Program-made: the position numbers and the translations under genes | Notes under the pieces: model-generated | The model's input: only the letters and a program-made list of their open reading frames with translations | Told to the model about the DNA's origin: nothing | Databases searched by the model: none | Assembly (NCBI GenBank): GCA_030653335.1 | Contig: JAURZP010000403.1 | Location: 1-32,179, forward strand | Length of the DNA: 32,179 nucleotides | From: Methanoregula sp. | GTDB taxonomy: Archaea > Halobacteriota > Methanomicrobia > Methanomicrobiales > Methanospirillaceae | Direction: 5' to 3' | Shown here: positions 26,442 to 32,179 of the stretch, in pieces | Layout of the letters: each line of letters opens with the position of its first letter | Numbering within the stretch: the stretch's first letter is position 1

Positions 26442-27021
26442 ATGCAGGATTATTTACAACTATTCGCCGATTGGGTGACATACACGATCATCGGACTGGT
26501 GCAAGGCTCTCCCCTCGCATCATCTGTAAACTTCTTTTTCTACGATTCGATCAAGGTAACGCTCCTTCTTGCCGTGATCGTCTTTGCAGTCGGCATTGTC
26601 CGCACGAATATCACCCCGCAAAAGGTGAAGAAATGGGTGGCAGGACGATCAGAAGGGGTGGGCAACGTGATTGCCGCCCTTCTTGGTATCCCCACGCAGT
26701 TCTGCTCCTGCTCAGCGGTGCCGCTCTTCATCGGCTTTGCGGAGTCCGGACAATCCGCTCGCGATCCCCATTGCGGTGCTGATCGGTATCCCGCTCTACT
26801 CGAATGCAGCGGGTATGATCCCCATCATGGATGTCCTCACGGCCAAAAGCATGGCGATGGGCACGGCGCTTGCGTTCATGATGGCCGTCATCGGTCTTTC
26901 GGTACCAGAGATGATCATCCCCAAAAAAGTGATCAGGATCAAACGGCTCCTGGTTTTTGCTGGAATCCTGTTTGTGTCATTTTCTCTGACGGGGTATTTG
27001 TTTAATGCGATACTGGGATAA
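26442..27021 (+). pseudogene. Second ArsP/DUF318 permease with internal deletion and frameshift
   Basis: N-half (FFFYDSIK...FCSCSAVPLFIGFAESG) joins out of frame at ~26750 to C-half (DNPLAIPIAVLIGIPLYSN...GTALAFMMAVIGLSVPE). Confidence 0.85.
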
Positions 27022-27098
27022 CCTGAAGTAATACGGTTAACAATACCCGGATAGAAGAAAAGAAAATCAGCGTGATGTTCCGGACGAACACGCAGCCC

Positions 27099-27109
27099 TT
27101 TTTAAAAAA
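27099..27109. terminator. Bidirectional T/A-tract between convergent genes
   Basis: TTTTTAAAAAA between the arsP remnant and the acylphosphatase stop. Confidence 0.35.
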
Positions 27110-27115
27110 CCAAGG

Positions 27116-27391
27116 TCACCATTCAACCCGGAAACCGTGGAATTCTTCGGTGGCATGACTGTTCTTAACCACGATATCTTCAACCTGTATCACAGGGTCA
27201 TCCCGGGCATAGGCCAAGCGGACGAAATCCGCAAGGGAGGCTGGAGAACTCTCTGCCACCATCTCCACGGTGCCGTCAGGAAGGTTCCTGACGTACCCAT
27301 GCACCCCGGTTGCCTGCGCACAATTCGAGATGAAATGCCGGTATCCTACACCTTGGACCTGACCCTTTGCTATGGCGGTGATCCGTTCCAT
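27116..27391 (-). CDS. acyP: Acylphosphatase
   Basis: GQVQGVGYR and GYVRNLPDGTVE; start reassigned to ATG 27391. Confidence 0.9.
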   Translation of the reverse strand: MERITAIAKGQVQGVGYRHFISNCAQATGVHGYVRNLPDGTVEMVAESSPASLADFVRLAYARDDPVIQVEDIVVKNSHATEEFHGFRVEW

Positions 27392-27670
27392 AATATATTT
27401 CGGGAGCCGGGGTGTTTTATAGCTTGGGAAATGTATCCTGGTGCCTCTACAGTTTCCTGCCATAAACCTCCAGTCAGGTCCTGCCATGTAATACGGAGTG
27501 GTGGCGGATAACAATTAAAAAAATGGCCTTTTTGGGGTTCTAATCCTCCGGGCACATATCGCTGCAGTCATCAGGATCCAAATCCTACCGGTTTTTAACC
27601 TCCGGCACAAGAATACAAATGATCAAACAAGGAAGATACACGGGATGAAGTACTCATAAAAAACCCCGAT

Positions 27671-27952
27671 ATGCAGGATATGAAAGATCCCGGTTAAGAG
27701 ATCTTCATCATCCTCGTCTCCATATTGTCCATCATCAACCTCATTATTATCTGGCTTTCCGGTATCGATCCCGATGCCCTGAACGTTATTATCACATTCA
27801 ACTTTTTCTTAACCATCATATTCCTTTCTGATTTCCTGTACCGCTTCATCACTGACATCTCGCAGATCCGAAATGCCCTCCACGAACAGAACCGGCAGCG
27901 ACTCGACCTGATCGAACAGCAGCTCAAACGACGGTTTCCGGAAGGGACATAA
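27671..27952 (+). pseudogene. Ion-transport (K+ channel-like) remnant
   Basis: MQDMKDPG*EIFIILVSILS...LTIIFLSDFLYRF (S1-S2-like helices) with in-frame TAA at 27695, joined to a short coiled-coil tail; no pore region. Confidence 0.55.
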
Positions 27953-28156
27953 GTTCTGTTGCAGGTCTTATGCATACGAAACATCTGTTGCTGCCCGTTA
28001 TTGGGCTGGTTCTTATATATCGTCAATAACACAACCCCGGTAGATCTCAACGCAACTAAATTTTCGTTAACACAAATCCACATGATTAAATAATCCCGCA
28101 TACGCTTCCGATTTTTAAAAAGGGCTTAATATACTCCGTTTTCGCCGAAACCAATT

Positions 28157-28172
28157 CGAAACCTTTTAATCA
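28157..28172 (+). promoter_or_regulatory. Candidate BRE/TATA of mtr operon
   Basis: cgaaacCTTTTAATca ~105 nt upstream of mtrE; GGAGG RBS at ~28262. Confidence 0.5.
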
Positions 28173-28273
28173 AGCGCTCACCAAAATTACACTAACCACA
28201 AAGAGTTTAACTCGATGTGCGTGGCATTGCATTTTGAATACTCTCGTACATTCGCACGAGGGGAGGAGGCTAA

Positions 28274-29173
28274 ATGGAAAATATTGTATTTGGCATTGGA
28301 ATTACTGCATTGACAGGAGCTCTTGCCACTGTAGCCGGTTCTGCGGAAGATACTGAATCCAACATCGGATCACAAGGTGACCCGAACTCACAGGTTCAGC
28401 TCGCCCCGCAGATGGGATTCCTGCACCGCATCTTCAACAAGGCGGTTGCAGGTGAACCCCCGGCATACGGTCTCTGGTGTGCACTAGGTGCAGGCCTGGC
28501 ATGGGCTTTTATGGCTATGCAAGTCAACGCGATCCTTGCAATCGTCCTAGGCTGTATTCTTGCAGTCTTTGTTCAGGGCGTATACGCAACGACTGCGTAC
28601 CTTGGCAGAACAGCAAGTCTTGCCAAGTTCGGTCAGCCCGTTTATGTGGATATCATTAAGTCCATGACAACGGTCACCATGGCGCATGCGTTCATCGCAA
28701 TTTTCTGTACTGTGGCACTCTGTCAGTTGATCAATGGCGCGCTGGGACACCCGTTCCCGCTGCCGCTGCTTGCACTGATCTGGGGTATTGCACTCGGTGC
28801 AGCAGGATCTGCGACGGGCAACCCGTACTATGGTAAGGAACGTCAGTACCAGAACCAGAAATTCGGCGCAGGTGTGCCGATCTCTGCATCAGGTAACATC
28901 GTCCGCTACGCTGAAGCCGGTGAGCGCAACTCGATTGACAACGGATTTTTCACCCACAAGATTGGGGGTTCTGCATCCGGTATCTGTTTTGGTCTGATTG
29001 TTTTCTTAGAAATCTGGCGTACCATTCTCTTTGAGAGAATCTACGCAGGCTGGGGTGCAATCGCAGTCGGCGTCCTTATGATCCTCATATTCACCGTCAT
29101 CGACCGGTACATAGAGGTCTGGGCACGCAAGAACTACGGACCCTACACAGTAGCTAAGGAGGCAGACGCATGA
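28274..29173 (+). CDS. mtrE: Tetrahydromethanopterin S-methyltransferase subunit E
   Basis: AEDTESNIGSQGDPNSQVQLAPQMG, GEPPAYG, YYGKERQYQ. Confidence 0.97.
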   Translation: MENIVFGIGITALTGALATVAGSAEDTESNIGSQGDPNSQVQLAPQMGFLHRIFNKAVAGEPPAYGLWCALGAGLAWAFMAMQVNAILAIVLGCILAVFVQGVYATTAYLGRTASLAKFGQPVYVDIIKSMTTVTMAHAFIAIFCTVALCQLINGALGHPFPLPLLALIWGIALGAAGSATGNPYYGKERQYQNQKFGAGVPISASGNIVRYAEAGERNSIDNGFFTHKIGGSASGICFGLIVFLEIWRTILFERIYAGWGAIAVGVLMILIFTVIDRYIEVWARKNYGPYTVAKEADA

Positions 29174-30012
29174 GCGCAGTTGCAGCAAAACCACAGGCTG
29201 GCGGCGCAATTAACCCGACGGCAATGGCAGTCGGGGTTGTTCTCCTGATAATAATTCTCGGAGCCTGCTGGTATGTCTCACCGAACCTCGGTCTTACGGC
29301 CCTGATCGGTGTCATCGTTGGCGGTGTCCTGATCGGATTCGGTACTCACTTTGTTCCAGTCGGCGGTGCTCCCGCAGCAATGGGACAGGCACCGGGTATT
29401 GCAACAGGTGTCGCAATGCTTGCCGCTGGTGCAGGTCTTGCCGGACTCTTCGGAGGGGCATGGGCAGCAGAACTGGGTACAACCGTTGCAGTCATTACCG
29501 GAGGTATTGGGGGTGGCCTGATGATGGCAATCACCTGTATGATGGTGAACTTTGTCTACGTCTTTGGCATGGGTATCCCGGCCGCGTCAGGTAAAGTTTT
29601 ACACGACCCCATCACCGGAGATTCGCAGGCGGAATACAAATCCCAGGGTACTGAAGGTCACGGCCTTCCGTTCGTCTCATTTGTGGGCGGCGTAATTGGA
29701 GGTATCCTTGCCGGTGCAGGTGGTACACTCATCTATCTGGCCCTTCTGGACCTCTACAAGGCAACGTTCCCGACCATGATGGGAGCAACCCATGCACAGG
29801 TTTTACCAGTTGCTGTATCAGTAGCAGGTATGTTTGCAGTCGCCTTATTCCTCGTGAATGCAGTGCTGACCGCATACAACATCACCGGAACGATTGAAGG
29901 TCCCCACGACCCGAAGTTCAAACGCTGGCCACGGGCAATCGTTGCATCCGCTGTCGCTTCGGCACTCTGCGGATTTGTTGCGATCCTGATTGTGGTAAAA
30001 CTGCCAATGTGA
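29170..30012 (+). CDS. mtrD: Mtr subunit D
   Basis: HFVPVGGAPAAM, SQGTEGHG, YNITGTIEGPHDPKFK. Confidence 0.97.
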   Translation: MSAVAAKPQAGGAINPTAMAVGVVLLIIILGACWYVSPNLGLTALIGVIVGGVLIGFGTHFVPVGGAPAAMGQAPGIATGVAMLAAGAGLAGLFGGAWAAELGTTVAVITGGIGGGLMMAITCMMVNFVYVFGMGIPAASGKVLHDPITGDSQAEYKSQGTEGHGLPFVSFVGGVIGGILAGAGGTLIYLALLDLYKATFPTMMGATHAQVLPVAVSVAGMFAVALFLVNAVLTAYNITGTIEGPHDPKFKRWPRAIVASAVASALCGFVAILIVVKLPM

Positions 30013-30021
30013 GGTGTGAAG

Positions 30022-30870
30022 ATGTCAGTAAAAATTGAAGTAATTGCAGGGGGTGTCCCGCACGATAAAATAATGATTGCGGGCCTCGTTAGCACAATCG
30101 TGTGCATATATCTGACGTACCTCAATGCGTTCACCAACACTCAGATGTTCTCATTCTTCGGTGGACTTGCAGTAGTCGCTGCACTGATCTGGGGCAGCCA
30201 CACCATCAAGGTGCTGTGCAGCTACGGTATCGGTACAGGTGTTCCCTCTGCGGGTATGATCGCATTCGGCTCAGGTATAATCGCGATGCTGCTCGCAACC
30301 AAGTTTGGTATGCTAGCGCCTATTGTTGCACTCGTTCTTGCAGCAGTCATTGGTTTGATCCTCGGGTACGTGTCTAACAGTATCCTGAACATGAAGATCC
30401 CGGCCATGGTCCAGGCACTCACTGAAATGGCAGTTGTTGGTGCATTTACCGTTATGGGATTTGCAGCAATGATCTCCGGAGGATTCACCTTTACCGGCCT
30501 GACAACATCAACGGCCACGTTCCTTGGATTCCCCATCACCAGCTATGCAAATTCATTCATTGGTGGCGGACTCATCGCTGTCGCATTCCTGCTTGGCGCA
30601 ATTGCAATCCAGCACCCGTTCAACGCGTGCTTAGGACCCGGCTGGAAACAGGACAGGATGCTCATGCTCACTGCAGAGTGCGGATTTTTGAGCATGATTG
30701 TCGCAGCAGTGATGTCGTTTGCCCTGATAAGCGCTGGATCAGCACTCATATCGCTGATTGTCGCAATCATCGGCTGGTTATACACATATACCCGTTTCTT
30801 TGAAATGTCAAAGCGCGATGCTGCAGCATGGCTTGATTCCAAGCCGATTCCGGATACGGAGGGACACTGA
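30022..30870 (+). CDS. mtrC: Mtr subunit C
   Basis: SYGIGTGVPSAG, QHPFNACLGP; ATG 30022 (GTG 30016 alternative). Confidence 0.96.
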   Translation: MSVKIEVIAGGVPHDKIMIAGLVSTIVCIYLTYLNAFTNTQMFSFFGGLAVVAALIWGSHTIKVLCSYGIGTGVPSAGMIAFGSGIIAMLLATKFGMLAPIVALVLAAVIGLILGYVSNSILNMKIPAMVQALTEMAVVGAFTVMGFAAMISGGFTFTGLTTSTATFLGFPITSYANSFIGGGLIAVAFLLGAIAIQHPFNACLGPGWKQDRMLMLTAECGFLSMIVAAVMSFALISAGSALISLIVAIIGWLYTYTRFFEMSKRDAAAWLDSKPIPDTEGH

Positions 30871-30871
30871 T

Positions 30872-31165
30872 ATGGCATACATTCAGGTTCTTCCGGAGTT
30901 CGGACTGGTCGCTGACCCGATGATCGGTATTGTTACCTCAGCTGGCGAATCCCTCTCCCCCGTTCTGGAGAAGGTTGCCCTGCTTGAAGCAACAAGCGAT
31001 GATCTGGTCAACATGCTCGCAGGTGAAGGCAACATGCTTGCCTCATTCCCCAACAGGGAGAAGGGACTTGCGATTGGTGGCAGTATCACGTCATTCTGGT
31101 ACGGGCTTGCGGTTGGATTATTCATTGCTGGGATCATTGCATTCCAGTTGATCAAGGTGGGCTGA
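30872..31165 (+). CDS. mtrB: Mtr subunit B
   Basis: [16 protein letters not shown]...SFPNRE...FWYG; start reassigned to ATG 30872. Confidence 0.93.
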   Translation: MAYIQVLPEFGLVADPMIGIVTSAGESLSPVLEKVALLEATSDDLVNMLAGEGNMLASFPNREKGLAIGGSITSFWYGLAVGLFIAGIIAFQLIKVG

Positions 31166-31166
31166 T

Positions 31167-31889
31167 ATGGCAGACAAGAAATCACCAGCAAGTGGATGGC
31201 CGCTCGTAAAGGGTGACTTCCATTCAGGAGACGCAAACAGCCCGGTGGCTGTTGTCACCATGGGTTCACACCTCGATGAACAGGGTGTCTGTGATGCGGG
31301 AGCGGCATTGTGCGGTTCTTGTAAGACTGAAAATCTCGGTCTTGAGAAGGTTATCGCAAACGTCATTGCCAACCCCAATATCCGGTTCATGCTGTTCTGC
31401 GGTACGGAAGTCAAGGGCCACTTATCAGGTCAGACTTTCGCTGCACTCCACAAAGGCGGTGTCAAAGACGGCAGGGTTGTCGGTGCTGAGGGAGCGATTC
31501 CTTTCATCGAGAACTTAAACGACGCAGCGATCAAGCGCTTCCAGGAACAGACGGAAATCGTCAACATCATGGAAACCGAAGACATCGGCGCAATCAAGGC
31601 TAAAATCAACGAACTCAAAGCCCGTGACCCGGGTGCGTTCGCTGCTGAAGCTATTGTCGTTGAAGTCAAGGAAGCTGCCGGTGGAGCTGAAGAAGCAGGT
31701 GGCGAAGTACGCCCGCTGTCCGGTGAAATGGCACTCATTACCGCCCGTATGAAGATCATCGAAAAGATGGTTACAGACATCGGGTACCGGGACAAGTTTG
31801 CCGCCGGGGTTTATGCAGGTAAGATCGAAGGTCTGATGATTGGTCTGATCGTCTCGTTCGCCCTGGTCGGAATCCTGATGATGAGGTGA
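31167..31889 (+). CDS. mtrA: Mtr subunit A (corrinoid protein)
   Basis: [30 protein letters not shown]; C-terminal TM. Confidence 0.97.
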   Translation: MADKKSPASGWPLVKGDFHSGDANSPVAVVTMGSHLDEQGVCDAGAALCGSCKTENLGLEKVIANVIANPNIRFMLFCGTEVKGHLSGQTFAALHKGGVKDGRVVGAEGAIPFIENLNDAAIKRFQEQTEIVNIMETEDIGAIKAKINELKARDPGAFAAEAIVVEVKEAAGGAEEAGGEVRPLSGEMALITARMKIIEKMVTDIGYRDKFAAGVYAGKIEGLMIGLIVSFALVGILMMR

Positions 31890-31894
31890 AAGAG

Positions 31895-32101
31895 ATGGCA
31901 GAAGAAGCAAAATCTACAGGACCTGTCAGGATGGTGGCGATCGAGAATATGGTGGAAAACATCCGCTATAAGTCACAGATCCTCGTTAGGACCAACAAGA
32001 TTGACTCGGCAGTCACTGCGTCCGGTCTGGTCGGATTTATTGCAGGATTACTCCTTGCATTGATCCTGATCATTTTACCGGCATTACTGGTGGTGAAATA
32101 A
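31895..32101 (+). CDS. mtrF: Mtr subunit F
   Basis: IENMVENIRYKSQILVR...SGL + TM; ATG 31895. Confidence 0.9.
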   Translation: MAEEAKSTGPVRMVAIENMVENIRYKSQILVRTNKIDSAVTASGLVGFIAGLLLALILIILPALLVVK

Positions 32102-32102
32102 A

Positions 32103-32179
32103 ATGGCAGACAAGAAATCACCAGCAAGTGGATGGCCGCTCGTAAAGGGTGACTTCCATTCAGGAGACGCAAACAGCCC
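32103..32179 (+). CDS. mtrA: Second mtrA copy (partial; probably MtrA-MtrG fusion)
   Basis: 77 nt identical to 31167-31243; occupies the usual mtrG position. Confidence 0.85.
   Translation, partial: MADKKSPASGWPLVKGDFHSGDANS

Noticed and set aside
28215-28260. GTGCG...CGCAC pairing in the mtrE leader as a regulatory RNA
   Set aside because: Only ~5 bp of clear complementarity; no known motif recognised

Overview
Archaeal methanogen DNA, Methanomicrobiales-like by gene content. Left arm (minus strand): an eha energy-converting hydrogenase operon (ehaB-K, M-O) runs directly into a formylmethanofuran dehydrogenase set (fwdD-B-A-C) through an apparent EhaP-FwdG fusion. The N-terminus of a histidine kinase lies at the left edge. 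Right arm (plus strand): mtrE-D-C-B-A-F and the start of a second mtrA that is identical over the 77 nt visible. Between them is a ~17 kb accessory region. Its most striking feature is a pair of divergent fluoride (crcB-motif) riboswitches. One precedes an enolase plus a 154-aa protein resembling the N-terminal domain of bacterial dynamin-like proteins. The other precedes a 601-aa dynamin-like GTPase plus a zinc-ribbon microprotein. An AlbA_2/HATPase regulator sits between the two riboswitches. The region also carries a GntP permease, a cupin-ABC exporter operon, and an ArsR-associated arsG/F/P/E-like cluster with three DGC zinc proteins and a repeated ATTCAA-N6-WTGAAAT operator. It further holds three pseudogenes (ferredoxin:thioredoxin reductase, a second ArsP, an ion channel) and an acylphosphatase. 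All family assignments come from motif recognition by eye; no searches were run.
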